This document shows, piece after piece, positions 10,475-20,367 of a stretch of 64,000 nucleotides of DNA; position 1 is the stretch's first letter; each line of letters opens with the position of its first letter. The stretch is from an uncultured delta proteobacterium (GTDB lineage Bacteria; Myxococcota_A; Polyangia; Haliangiales; Haliangiaceae): the NCBI GenBank assembly GCA_963848295.1, contig CAWKDB010000002.1:768001-832000 (forward strand), written 5' to 3'. A program made the translations under genes and the position numbers. The notes under the pieces are model-generated. The model was not told the origin of the DNA. It saw only the letters and a list, made by a program, of their open reading frames with translations, and did not search any database.

Positions 10475-11716
10475 GTGGGAGCCGCACGCGCCTTCGTCGT
10501 CGGACTGCTCGCGATCCTCGCGGTCGCGAGCTGCGCACCGCCGCATGTGGCCGAGGCGCCGGAGCCGCCGACCGACCCGACGCGGCTGTCGCACGAGCAG
10601 CACGCGCAGATCGCGTGCGTGCGCTGCCACGTCAACGACGACCGGCCGGGCCACGACCACCAGCCATGCGATGACGGCAAGTGCCACCGGGACGCGTTCC
10701 TCGCGCGACCCGGGGCGGTGTGCGCGGTCTGCCATACCCGGGTCACGACCCTGCCGCTCGATGCGCCGCTGCGGCCGTACCCGACCGACGACGCGTGGCA
10801 AGCCGAGCCCTCGAAGTTCTCGCACAAGCTCCACATGGACGGCAAAGCGATCGAGAGCGCGGTCGGCTTTCACGTCACGTGCGCCGACTGCCACGTCAAA
10901 GGTGACTCGCTCGCACGGCCGAACCATGCGACCTGCGCGCGCTGTCACGCGCCCGAGGCGGGCCTCGCCCACGCGCCGCGGATGGACGACTGTGCGGGCT
11001 GCCATGAACCAGGCGAGCACGAGCGCGTCCGCGCGCGGCTGATTCGCGGCGACCTGAGCTTCGCGCACGATCGTCACCGCGCCGATCGCCGGGGTCAGCC
11101 GATCCGCTGCGAGCAGTGCCATCCGCAGAGCGCGCAAGCGACCGGGTTCGCCGATCTCGTCGCGCCGCGGGTCCAGAGCTGTGTCGGCTGCCACGACGAC
11201 AGCGATCGCACACCCGAGACGATGCGGATGCGGATCTGCGAGGCGTGCCACAGCGAACGCCGATCGACGCTGACGAAGATCGCGCCGCGCAGCCACTTGC
11301 CCGCGACCGAACGGCCACTCGATCACACGCTCGCCTTCCGCCGCGATCATGAAGACGCGGCCGAGCGCGACGGCGCCCGCTGCGCGGCGTGCCACACCCA
11401 GATGTCGGGCAATCCGCGCGACATGTGCGACGAGTGCCATCAGACGATGCGACCCGCCGATCACCGGATCACGTGGCGCGAGCTCGAGCACGGCGAGGAG
11501 GCGGCGACCGACAGCCAACGCTGCGCTCGCTGCCACGTCGTCGAGTTCTGCACGGCGTGTCACTCGCAGCGACCGCGGTCGCACGGCTACGCCGGGACGT
11601 TCGTCGCCGATCACGGCCCCCTCGCGCGGGTCAACGTCCGGTCGTGCTTGACCTGCCACGACGAGCAGCGCGACTGCGTGACGTGCCACTCGTCGACGGC
11701 GCGGATGCGGCGATGA
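10475..11716 (+). CDS. Multiheme c-type cytochrome lipoprotein (14 CxxCH + 1 CX4CH)
   Basis: Motifs counted in the translation; lipobox LAVASC. Start set at GTG 10475 (TAGCTT 8 nt upstream); the ORF extends to 10400. Confidence 0.92.
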   Translation: MGAARAFVVGLLAILAVASCAPPHVAEAPEPPTDPTRLSHEQHAQIACVRCHVNDDRPGHDHQPCDDGKCHRDAFLARPGAVCAVCHTRVTTLPLDAPLRPYPTDDAWQAEPSKFSHKLHMDGKAIESAVGFHVTCADCHVKGDSLARPNHATCARCHAPEAGLAHAPRMDDCAGCHEPGEHERVRARLIRGDLSFAHDRHRADRRGQPIRCEQCHPQSAQATGFADLVAPRVQSCVGCHDDSDRTPETMRMRICEACHSERRSTLTKIAPRSHLPATERPLDHTLAFRRDHEDAAERDGARCAACHTQMSGNPRDMCDECHQTMRPADHRITWRELEHGEEAATDSQRCARCHVVEFCTACHSQRPRSHGYAGTFVADHGPLARVNVRSCLTCHDEQRDCVTCHSSTARMRR

Positions 11717-13470
11717 CCAGGGCCGTCGTGCTCGCGCTCGCGGTCCTCGCGCGGGTCGTCGCCGCCGATCCGCCCCCAACAACGACCTCGAGACCGAAGG
11801 TCCGGCTCGAGCTCGAGCGCCAGCCGCCCCACCTCGCGATGCGACCGCGCGCCGCGCAAGTCACGAGGTCGAGGGCGCCGCGACCGTCGCCGATTCCGCA
11901 GCCGCCGAAACCGCGCACCGCCGGCGTCGACGACGACGATCCGGGCGACGCGGCGCTGGTCCGCGACGTCCGCGACAAGGTCTCGGTCCGGGTCAACCTC
12001 GGTTACCAGGTCGACGGCACGACGCTGACCGGCCAGCCGACGCTCGGCGGCACGACGCCGAAGGCAGGGATGGACTACGCCACGATTCGCTCGTACGGGT
12101 TCGGCGAGGGCTATCTGTCGACTCGCGGCGTCGGCGTGTCGAGCGTGTCGTCGTATCTGTCTGGCCGATTCATGCTGACCGATCAGCTGTCGGTCAACGA
12201 TCCGAGCAATCCGTACGCGAAGGATGGCTCGGTGCCGATCGCGCCGCCGATCGCGAACTGGTTCGAGAAGTCCGGCGTGCAAGGTCGCGCCGCGTGGCTC
12301 GAGCTCAAGGACTTCCTGCCCGATCACCGGTTCGCACCGCTCCGCTTGCGCGCCGGCGAGCTCTACGTCTACGGGCCGTGGGTCATGCACATGTACGGCG
12401 CGATCACCGAATGGGACGGCAAGCTCGTCACCGCGAACGCCTACGCCGGCAGCCGCGTGCCCGACTACACGCTCGAGCTCCCGCAAGAAGATCGCGCGGC
12501 GATCGGCGGCGCGACGCTGCGCTTCGATCTGCGAGGGCTCGCGTCGCCGATCCCGATCACGGTCGGCGGCGAGTACTTGTCGTTCGCGTCATCGCAGGGC
12601 GAAGGCTCGTCGCGCCACAGCCAGCTCGACATCGATTGGCGCCCGCGCGAGAACTTCGGGATCCTCGGCCAGGTCCGCGCCGAGGAGGGCTCGTGGGCGA
12701 ACGAGCACCTCCAGATCCGCACGCGCTACAAGCAGGTGACGAACGTCGTGCTCGACGTGACGCTGCGCCAGAGCGACGATTGGCTGTGGGATCCGGCCGT
12801 GATCAAGCCCGAGAACCTCGACGACCCGACGGCGCCACGGCGCTATCTCGATCTCGGGCCGGTGTTGCCGAGAGGAGTGGCCTCGCTGCGCGCCGGTACC
12901 CTGATCGCGGAGAACGTCGACTTGCTGCTGCGCACCGCGGCCGGGATCGATCTGACGAGCTCGACCGATCCGAAGAGCAGTTACTCGTCGAGCTACGCCG
13001 AGATCGGCGGTGCGCTCGAGGTCCGGCTGCGACGAACGATCGCGGTCGGGGCGAGCGCGTTGTCGCGCCAGACCGTGCGCCACGACTTGATCTCGGCGGA
13101 GATCCCCGACGTCCCGGGCACGACGCAGCCGTTGCCCGCCGCCGACGCGATGGGCGAGCGCGGGTTCACCGAGATCGGAACGTCGGTGAAGATGTCGCTC
13201 GGTGCGCGCAAGTTCTCGGCCGTGGTCGAGGTCTACGGCCGGCGCACGCGATACGCGCTCGACTACTGCATCCCCGGGATGTGCGACACGGCCGGTGACA
13301 CCGGGCTACCGACGAGCGAGATCCACGGCGGCGGCCGGTTCACGGTCGACGCGTGGATCGGCGAGCGCCTGCGGCTATTCGCGTCGTACGACGTATCGAG
13401 CCGGCTCGACTTCGCGCCGGACATCACCGGTTACAAGAGCCTGAGGCTGATGATGGAAGGCGTCTACTAG
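11713..13470 (+). CDS. Putative outer-membrane beta-barrel (porin-like) protein
   Basis: Signal peptide, Pro-rich linker, alternating amphipathic strands, C-terminal LRLMMEGVY ending in an aromatic residue; translationally coupled between two cytochrome genes. Confidence 0.7.
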   Translation: MTRAVVLALAVLARVVAADPPPTTTSRPKVRLELERQPPHLAMRPRAAQVTRSRAPRPSPIPQPPKPRTAGVDDDDPGDAALVRDVRDKVSVRVNLGYQVDGTTLTGQPTLGGTTPKAGMDYATIRSYGFGEGYLSTRGVGVSSVSSYLSGRFMLTDQLSVNDPSNPYAKDGSVPIAPPIANWFEKSGVQGRAAWLELKDFLPDHRFAPLRLRAGELYVYGPWVMHMYGAITEWDGKLVTANAYAGSRVPDYTLELPQEDRAAIGGATLRFDLRGLASPIPITVGGEYLSFASSQGEGSSRHSQLDIDWRPRENFGILGQVRAEEGSWANEHLQIRTRYKQVTNVVLDVTLRQSDDWLWDPAVIKPENLDDPTAPRRYLDLGPVLPRGVASLRAGTLIAENVDLLLRTAAGIDLTSSTDPKSSYSSSYAEIGGALEVRLRRTIAVGASALSRQTVRHDLISAEIPDVPGTTQPLPAADAMGERGFTEIGTSVKMSLGARKFSAVVEVYGRRTRYALDYCIPGMCDTAGDTGLPTSEIHGGGRFTVDAWIGERLRLFASYDVSSRLDFAPDITGYKSLRLMMEGVY

Positions 13471-13471
13471 C

Positions 13472-14959
13472 GTGCGCGCGCTGGTCGCGATCATCGGGCT
13501 CGCGCTGGTCGCGGGGGTCGCGCACGCCGAGCCCCACGCGGTGGCGCTCGGCTTCGATCACAACCTGCACGATCGGGATGTCGTCGTGAGCGGCGCCGAT
13601 TCGATCGCGTGCACGAAGTGCCATGCCTCGCGCGGCAGTCGGCCCGTGCCGCCCGGACATGCCGCATGTTTCGGCGCGTGTCACGGCCCGGCGCCACGAC
13701 CGCCGGCGCGTGGCGCGAAGCTGCAACTCGACGCCGAGCGCACGAAGCTGTGCGCGAGCTGCCACGCCGAGACCGCGCTCGCCGCACCGTTCACCGGCAG
13801 GCTCGCGGTGCCGTACCCGCCTTACACGAGCGATCCCGACTTCGCGCTCGCGATCGGCCACCAGCGCCACGCCGCGATCCCGTGCACGCAGTGCCACACC
13901 CCGGGCGATCACGCGGCGCGCAAGGGCGGCGTGCACGCGCGGTGCGGGGGGTGCCACGACGGCGGCGGCGCGGCGAAGGGTCCCGTGACGAGGGGCCCGC
14001 CGATGACGAGTTGCGCGACCTGCCACACGCCGGGTGCGGGTGCGCCGCAGCCGCCCGAGCTCGCGAACCCGATCGACACGGTCACCGCGATCTTCTCGCA
14101 CGCGCGTCATGCCGCGCGCCCGGGCGGTGGAGAGTGCCTGACCTGTCACGCCGCGATCGCGGCGACCAACGACAGCTCGTTGCCGCGCCCGACCGTGAAG
14201 GACTGCGCGGGCTGCCACGACGGCAAGACCGCGTTCGCGACGACCGGCGCATGCACGAAGTGTCACGCGCAGCCGCCGAATCGGTTCGAGGTCGTCCGCC
14301 CCGAGACCCGGTTCTCGCATGCGTCGCACGAAGCGGCGCTCGCTGGAGTGGCGTGCGCGAAGTGCCACGCGCTGTCCGCCAAGGGCGAGCCGACCCCGCC
14401 GGACCACGCCGCGTGCGTGCAGTGTCATGCCGACGATTTCGGCGCTCGCCGACCGGTGACGTGCGGCGCCTGCCACAACACCACCGAGCCGTGGCGCCCT
14501 CTGCTCGCCGATCGCGGCCCGCCGCCGTCGAGTGAGTTCGGCAGCAAGATCGATCATCGCGCGCACGCGAGCCCGTGCGCGAGTTGCCACTCGTTGTCGA
14601 CCGCGACCGCGCAGCTCCGACCGCCGCGCGGCCACGCCGCGTGCACCGGCGCCGGCTGTCACGCCGTCGCGACCGGCCCCGCGCCGACGCTCGGCGACTG
14701 CACCGGCTGCCACGAGCTCGGGCTGATCGCGGCGCGCACGGCGAAGCGCGCGGCCGATCCGTGGTCGGTGCGCCGCGCGTTCGATCACGCCGCCCATCCG
14801 GCGCCGTGCGCGAGCTGCCACACCTCGCTCGGCGCGAACGTCGTCGAGCTGGCCGCCCCGGACAAAGCGAGCTGCGCGCCCTGTCACGATGGCAAGACTT
14901 CGTTCAAGCTCACCGGTACGAGCTGCACGCGATGCCACACCGGAGCGCGCCAGCCATGA
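13472..14959 (+). CDS. Periplasmic multiheme c-type cytochrome (16 CxxCH + CX3CH + CX4CH), c7-type repeats
   Basis: Sec signal peptide (VAHA|EP); six modules, each opening with (F/I)xHxxH and carrying three heme motifs. Confidence 0.92.
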   Translation: MRALVAIIGLALVAGVAHAEPHAVALGFDHNLHDRDVVVSGADSIACTKCHASRGSRPVPPGHAACFGACHGPAPRPPARGAKLQLDAERTKLCASCHAETALAAPFTGRLAVPYPPYTSDPDFALAIGHQRHAAIPCTQCHTPGDHAARKGGVHARCGGCHDGGGAAKGPVTRGPPMTSCATCHTPGAGAPQPPELANPIDTVTAIFSHARHAARPGGGECLTCHAAIAATNDSSLPRPTVKDCAGCHDGKTAFATTGACTKCHAQPPNRFEVVRPETRFSHASHEAALAGVACAKCHALSAKGEPTPPDHAACVQCHADDFGARRPVTCGACHNTTEPWRPLLADRGPPPSSEFGSKIDHRAHASPCASCHSLSTATAQLRPPRGHAACTGAGCHAVATGPAPTLGDCTGCHELGLIAARTAKRAADPWSVRRAFDHAAHPAPCASCHTSLGANVVELAAPDKASCAPCHDGKTSFKLTGTSCTRCHTGARQP

Positions 14960-15315
14960 CCGACGCCGCGATGCCGCGCTGGCAACGCGCGTACGTGATC
15001 GCGACCTGCGCGCTGATCGCGGGCGCGTTCGCTTACGCGATCCACGACTGGGGACGCTGGCCGCGCCTCGCCTATCTGCCGGTCACCGGCAAGCTGACGA
15101 TGTCGCCGCCGTCGGGCGCGATCGCGATGGCCTACATCGGCATGGTCGCGTGGGGCGTCGGCGGCGCAGCGTGTGGCGCGTTGCTCGGGGCCGGTTTGTG
15201 CGCGGCGATCCGCCGCCGGTTGCCAGACCTCGTGCTCCAACTACTCGGGTTGTGGGCGATCACCGCGATCGTGCTCGCCGGCAGCTACTACACCTGGAAC
15301 TTGTGGCCGTGGTGA
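14956..15315 (+). CDS. Small integral membrane protein (about 3 TM helices)
   Basis: ATGA overlap with the cytochrome gene; three hydrophobic segments; ends WNLWPW. Confidence 0.75.
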   Translation: MTDAAMPRWQRAYVIATCALIAGAFAYAIHDWGRWPRLAYLPVTGKLTMSPPSGAIAMAYIGMVAWGVGGAACGALLGAGLCAAIRRRLPDLVLQLLGLWAITAIVLAGSYYTWNLWPW

Positions 15316-15352
15316 TCGTGTAAGCCGCGACCCGCGCGCGCGTTGGATCGCC

Positions 15353-16120
15353 ATGATGCGCTCGCTCTCACTCGCCGCTTGCAGTGTGTTGTCGCTCGTC
15401 GCGTGCGGCGAGATGAGTGCCGCCAAGATCGCGACCGGCGCCGAGCGCCCGGGGCTCGGTACGTCGTGGGGCGAGCAAGTCGCCGCTCCGGTGTCGTTCA
15501 CACCGTTCGAGCGCGCGTCGGCTTCGCCGTTCGCGGAGCTCGCGCTGCACTACAACGATGCGGCTGGCGTCGCCGCGCACGCTGCCTATCTCGGGCCACC
15601 GAGTCCCTACCAAGGGTCCACTGGCGACGGCGCGCTGGTCGTGACGATCGTCGATGACCACGGTCGCCCGCTCCCCGGCATCGCCGCCGGCGACCGCACG
15701 CTGATCGTCGGCCAACAAGACGAGCGTTACTCGATCGTCGTGCACAACACGACGCCAGCTCGGTTCGAGGTCGTGGCGTCGGTCGACGGTCTCGACGTGA
15801 TGGACGGCCAGCCCGCCGATCCGAGCCGCCGCGGCTACATCATCGATCCGCGCGATACGCTCGTGATCGACGGATTTCGCACGTCCGAGCGCGAGGTCGC
15901 GGCGTTTCGCTTCGGCCGCGTCGCGGATTCGTACGCTGCGCAGACGACCGGCGATCGCGATGTAGGCGTGATCGGTATGGCCTTCTTTACGGAACGCGGA
16001 GCGGTCGCGCCGGCGATCGAACGGTATCCGGCACGCGGTAACGACCGAGGTGACGATATCGAGCAGCGTGACTCCGCGGATCCGTTTCCCGCGCGGGGTT
16101 TCGCCACGCCGCCGCGCTAA
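15353..16120 (+). CDS. Hypothetical lipoprotein
   Basis: Lipobox LVAC; globular region YSIVVHN...EVVASVDGLDVMDG...RRGYII...AAFRFG. Confidence 0.75.
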   Translation: MMRSLSLAACSVLSLVACGEMSAAKIATGAERPGLGTSWGEQVAAPVSFTPFERASASPFAELALHYNDAAGVAAHAAYLGPPSPYQGSTGDGALVVTIVDDHGRPLPGIAAGDRTLIVGQQDERYSIVVHNTTPARFEVVASVDGLDVMDGQPADPSRRGYIIDPRDTLVIDGFRTSEREVAAFRFGRVADSYAAQTTGDRDVGVIGMAFFTERGAVAPAIERYPARGNDRGDDIEQRDSADPFPARGFATPPR

Positions 16121-16142
16121 CCGGTCGTGTTACGCTGGAGTC

Positions 16143-17057
16143 GTGCGATCGTGGCAGCTCGCGTTGCTCGCGTTCGGCGCGTGTTACTCGGCGAACCCGC
16201 CGTTTGGCGCACAGTGCGGCGCGATCGGCGACTGCCCCGAAGGTCAGGTGTGCGAGCTCGGCGCGACGAACCCGATCTGTATCGCGACCGTCACGACCGG
16301 AACGTGGGGTCCGCCGACTCAAGTCATGCTTGCCGACACCGGCGACGACGACGATCCGACGCTGACCGACGATCTGCTCATCATGTACATCAATCGCGAC
16401 GCGGACATCTACGTCACGACGCGCGCGACGGTGACCGCCCCGTGGGCGGCGCCGATGCTCGACGACCAGCTGTCATCGTCCGCGGACGAGACCACGCCGG
16501 AGATGTCGGGCGATGGCCTCGTCATGTTCCAATCGAGCGAACGCGACGGCGGGATGGGCGGCTACGACATCTGGGTCTCGACGCGCGCGACCAAGCTCGA
16601 CGCGTGGTCGGTGCCGGTCGTCGTCCCGGAGCTGTCGTCGACCGCCGACGACAACGCCTGCGCCCCGCGCGACGATCTCCTCGAGGTCGTGCAGTCCTCC
16701 GATCGCGGCGCGAGCGGCAGCAACGATCCGACCGACCTCTGGCTCTCCGATCGAACGAGCCGGACCGCAGACTGGCCCACCCCGATCCGACTCGCGATCA
16801 GCGACGGCAACGACGACGCGCCGTTTCCGACCGCGGACGGCCTCGAGCTCTACTTCGCCGACAGTCCGAACGGCAACCAGGACCTCTACGTCGCGCGCCG
16901 AGCGACCCTCGACGACGACTTCGGGCCCCCCGAGCGGATCGATGAGCTCGACACCAGCGACGACGACGATGACCCGTGGGTCTCGCCGGACGGCCACCAC
17001 ATCTTCTTCAGCCGAGCCGACTCGACCACCTCGACCATCTGGGAAAGCGAAAGGTGA
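16143..17057 (+). CDS. Lipoprotein with PD40/TolB-like beta-propeller repeats
   Basis: Lipobox FGAC; repeated DDDPTLTDD / PEMSGDGL / PFPTADGLELYF / PWVSPDGHHIFF units. Confidence 0.8.
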   Translation: MRSWQLALLAFGACYSANPPFGAQCGAIGDCPEGQVCELGATNPICIATVTTGTWGPPTQVMLADTGDDDDPTLTDDLLIMYINRDADIYVTTRATVTAPWAAPMLDDQLSSSADETTPEMSGDGLVMFQSSERDGGMGGYDIWVSTRATKLDAWSVPVVVPELSSTADDNACAPRDDLLEVVQSSDRGASGSNDPTDLWLSDRTSRTADWPTPIRLAISDGNDDAPFPTADGLELYFADSPNGNQDLYVARRATLDDDFGPPERIDELDTSDDDDDPWVSPDGHHIFFSRADSTTSTIWESER

Positions 17058-17152
17058 CGCTGTCTCTATTGTCCACTTGCGGGTCGACGCATGTCGTCTA
17101 TCTAGCCGGGTTCGTTTAGATTTCCTGGGGACGGTGTCGCTTTTGTCAACTT
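17053..17152 (+). repeat. Repeat doublet A: 26-bp direct repeats at 17053-17078 and 17127-17152, period 74 bp
   Basis: GGTGACGCTGTCTCTATTGTCCACTT and GGGGACGGTGTCGCTTTTGTCAACTT; same family as doublets B and C. Confidence 0.85.
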
Positions 17153-17176
17153 GGGCGCGCGAGCTCACCTCGCGCG

Positions 17177-20100
17177 CTACTGCTTGCGAGCCGCCTTCGC
17201 CGCGTGCAGCCGGCGCAAGAAGTCGTAGATCACGAGCTCCTGCGCGCGATGCGACGCGTGCAGCAAGCGATTCGCGTGCATGTGGACGAGGCTCCATGCG
17301 ATGTCGAGCAGCGGCGGCGATAGCTCACCCGCGGCGTCGCGCCGGCGCAGCTCGGTCGCGAGCTCGGCGAGTTGCGCGTCGCGCACGCCGAGGATCGTGA
17401 ACCCGGGCTCGAGATCGTGACCCGCATCGCGCTCGGCATCCGGCTCGAACAGATGCTCGAGCAACGCGCGGTCCTTCGCGAACCGATCGCCGATCTGGCC
17501 CCACAACGCGGTCGTCGCTCGGTGCTCGCGGCCGAGCATCTCGCGCGCGTCGTTCCACACCTTCGCGCGCTGTGCGCGATCGAGACCGAGCGCGACCAGC
17601 AACGACTCGGCGCCGCGCACCGCGAGCTGCCAGCGTGCGGCGGCGCCCTCGTCGCCTTCGAGGAGCTCGACGATCGCCAACACCGCTTCGCTGTCGCGCC
17701 AGAACAGCTCCTCCACGAGCTCGATCCCGCGATCGCCGCCGTAGCGCTCGAGCTCGCGCACGTACGTATCGACCACGACCTTGTACACGGTGCCGTCGGC
17801 GCGCAACGGAGCGAGGGCCACGTCGAGCGCGGGCACGACCTTGCCGAGCAGCACCTGCGGATCGCCACGAAACCGGACGCGGACATGCGGCTCGGGGTCT
17901 TGGTAGCGAACGAAGAACCAGCTCGCGAGCTCGCCGCGCTCGACCCCACCGCGCACGACCGGAGCGACCCCTTCGCGCAACACGCGATCCGACGCCGCTT
18001 CGCCGCAGTAGATCTTCGCGTAGAGCCAGTTCGAGCCGGGCCCGAGGTCGCGCACGGCGGTCGGCACCGGGGTCGGCGCGGGCTTCGGCTTCGGCTCGGT
18101 CGCGCGATCGCGCGTGAACATCATGACGATCTCGTCGGTGAATCGCCCCTCCGGTCCGTGCGCGGCGAGCCGATCGAGCGGAGGGAACTGCTCGGACAAC
18201 CGCGCGCTGGTCTCGCCCGCGAGCTCGTCCGCAAACGCTGCGACCAACATCGGATTGTCGAAATCGATCGGCAGCTCGTTGTCGCCCGAGACCAGCGTGA
18301 CGAACCGCGGCAGCTCGCGCGCCGTGCGCAAGGCCGCGACCGCGAGCGCGACGTCCGGCGCCTTCGCGCGATCCTTGCGCGCCGCCTTGACCGCCGCGGT
18401 GATCGGCGCGAGGTCCGCCGCCGCGAGCTGCCACTGGGCGCGCCCGACGATCGTGCGACCGATCCGGACGCGCGGCAACCGCGGCGACGCGGCGAGCACC
18501 CCCCACGAGAACCCGGTGTGGCGCTCGTGCTGGCTCTGCAGCGTACACAGGAAGCGATAGACGCCGAGCCCGCGCGAATAGTTGTGCGCGGTCGTCAGCC
18601 GCGGAATCACCTCGCGACCGAGCCGCCGAGACGCGAGCACGATGCGATCGCCGTCGAGTGCGACCGTGAGATCGTCGAGCTCGATCTGAGCTTCACGCGG
18701 CGCGCCGGATACGCCGAGATAGATAATCTCGTGGCCGCGCAACACCGGCCGACACAGCACGTTGCCGATGCGGCCATCGTCGAGGTGCACGATCTCGGCG
18801 AACACGGCGTCGGGCCGCGCCGCTTCTTCGATCGCGTGATGCGCGCGCACCGCCGCTTCGATCTCGGGCGACGCGTGACAGAACCGGCCGAGCAGCTTGC
18901 TCCCCGGTGGGCCGTCTGCGCCTTCGATCAACAGCTCCGGCTCGCCGCGCGCGAGCTGATCCTCGGTCCCTGCGATCCGCGCAAACACCGCGAGCGCATC
19001 GGGCGTCGCGGTCGAGCGATCGTCCTGCATCGCGACGAGATCCGCTTCAGTCAGCTCGATCTCGGCCGCGCCGGTCCGGATCGCCGCCGCCAGCAACCCC
19101 AGCATGTGGCGCTCGACCTTGCCCCACTGCGCGCGGGTCTCGCCGGGCCCGCCGGGGAAGTAGATGCCGGCGAGCAGCGGCGAGCCTTCGCTGCCGGGAC
19201 CGCGCGCCGCATCGAAGCCGAGCCCTGACTCCTCATCGAGCACCTCGGCGAGCGGCATGGTCCGGCCTTCGTAGCGGCTCGCAAACGCGCGCTTGAGCTC
19301 GTCGAAGCTGTTACTTATCGGCTGCTCGAGCCGCGCGAGCTGGTCGATCGTCCGTGCGAGCTCGGCCGCGACCTTCGTCGAGATCGTCGCGCCGGTCGGT
19401 TTGACCATATCGACTTGAAACAACCGCGCGCGATCGACCGGCGCGGGCAGCGGCGCGAGTGCGGCGGCGACGCGCTCGTAGACCGCGGGCTGTTGGCCGA
19501 GGCCCGCCGCGTCGATCGCGGCGATCTGCGCGCGCACGTCGACGAGGATCTCGTGCGCCTTGTCGAGCCCGGCCGCCGCGAGCTGCGCGATCATCCCGTC
19601 GATCGGCTCGGGCCCGGTGACCGAGACCCCGAGCTCGGGCACGAGCACCTGTGAATCGACCAGCTCGTCGATGAACGCACGCGCGTCGGCGAGCGTGATG
19701 TCCTCGGCGACGAGCGGCAGCGCCAGCGCCTCGCGCTTCGCGCCATCGGCGGCGCGGGCGAGCGTCGCGTCGAGATACTCGGTCGGCTCGAGCGACACCA
19801 ACCGATACGTGCGATCCTTGCCCTGGAGCTGCGCCGCCGCGTAGTGCCAACGCCCGGCGACGCGATACAGCGACGTATTGCGGCGATAGGTCAGCCGTTC
19901 ACGCGCTTCGGGCGTCGCGCTCAGCTCGCGCGCGAGCACGAACAGGTAGTCGTTGTCGAGGCGGGTCCGCCGCCGGTACTCGCCGCGCGGCGCGAGCCCG
20001 AGCGAGGTCGTACGCCCGAGCTGCACGCACGACACACCGGAGAACAAGCCGAACGGGGTCGCGCGCATCATCATCCGCGCGACGTACTTCACGAGGGACT

Positions 20101-20341
20101 GTTCGGCGCGTTGGCCCGCCGCCGACTCCGGGGCCGCTCTCCAGCCAGTCATCGCGTCGTAGAGGCTCGGCGACGCGACATACACCGCCTCGCGGACCTC
20201 CGGCAGCTCGAGCAGATCGGCGAGAAATTGCCGGCGATCCGGCGCCGCGGCCCAGTCGACGAACGCGGTCGCCGGCAATAGGGGTGTGCGCAGCATGATG
20301 CTGTCGCCTGCACGCAGCTGCCGTTCGCGCGGAGAGCCCAT
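17177..20341 (-). CDS. lanB: Full-length lantibiotic dehydratase (LanB family; glutamylation plus C-terminal elimination domain)
   Basis: LRTPLLP, EAVYVASPSL, KYVARMMMRATPFGLF, LLGRF, GNVLCRP, PRLTTAHNY, WLYAKIYC, WFFVRYQDPEPHVRVRF, YVRELERYGG and SLVHMHANRL motifs; 1054 aa. Confidence 0.93.
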   Translation of the reverse strand: MGSPRERQLRAGDSIMLRTPLLPATAFVDWAAAPDRRQFLADLLELPEVREAVYVASPSLYDAMTGWRAAPESAAGQRAEQSLVKYVARMMMRATPFGLFSGVSCVQLGRTTSLGLAPRGEYRRRTRLDNDYLFVLARELSATPEARERLTYRRNTSLYRVAGRWHYAAAQLQGKDRTYRLVSLEPTEYLDATLARAADGAKREALALPLVAEDITLADARAFIDELVDSQVLVPELGVSVTGPEPIDGMIAQLAAAGLDKAHEILVDVRAQIAAIDAAGLGQQPAVYERVAAALAPLPAPVDRARLFQVDMVKPTGATISTKVAAELARTIDQLARLEQPISNSFDELKRAFASRYEGRTMPLAEVLDEESGLGFDAARGPGSEGSPLLAGIYFPGGPGETRAQWGKVERHMLGLLAAAIRTGAAEIELTEADLVAMQDDRSTATPDALAVFARIAGTEDQLARGEPELLIEGADGPPGSKLLGRFCHASPEIEAAVRAHHAIEEAARPDAVFAEIVHLDDGRIGNVLCRPVLRGHEIIYLGVSGAPREAQIELDDLTVALDGDRIVLASRRLGREVIPRLTTAHNYSRGLGVYRFLCTLQSQHERHTGFSWGVLAASPRLPRVRIGRTIVGRAQWQLAAADLAPITAAVKAARKDRAKAPDVALAVAALRTARELPRFVTLVSGDNELPIDFDNPMLVAAFADELAGETSARLSEQFPPLDRLAAHGPEGRFTDEIVMMFTRDRATEPKPKPAPTPVPTAVRDLGPGSNWLYAKIYCGEAASDRVLREGVAPVVRGGVERGELASWFFVRYQDPEPHVRVRFRGDPQVLLGKVVPALDVALAPLRADGTVYKVVVDTYVRELERYGGDRGIELVEELFWRDSEAVLAIVELLEGDEGAAARWQLAVRGAESLLVALGLDRAQRAKVWNDAREMLGREHRATTALWGQIGDRFAKDRALLEHLFEPDAERDAGHDLEPGFTILGVRDAQLAELATELRRRDAAGELSPPLLDIAWSLVHMHANRLLHASHRAQELVIYDFLRRLHAAKAARKQ

Positions 20342-20349
20342 CCGTTACG

Positions 20350-20357
20350 ACTATAGT
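20350..20357. promoter_or_regulatory. Palindromic ACTATAGT, candidate bidirectional -10 element
   Basis: Reads TATAGT on both strands, 8 nt before the lanB ATG and 10 nt before the kinase ATG, within a 26-bp divergent gap. Confidence 0.5.
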
Positions 20358-20367
20358 AGAGACTGCG

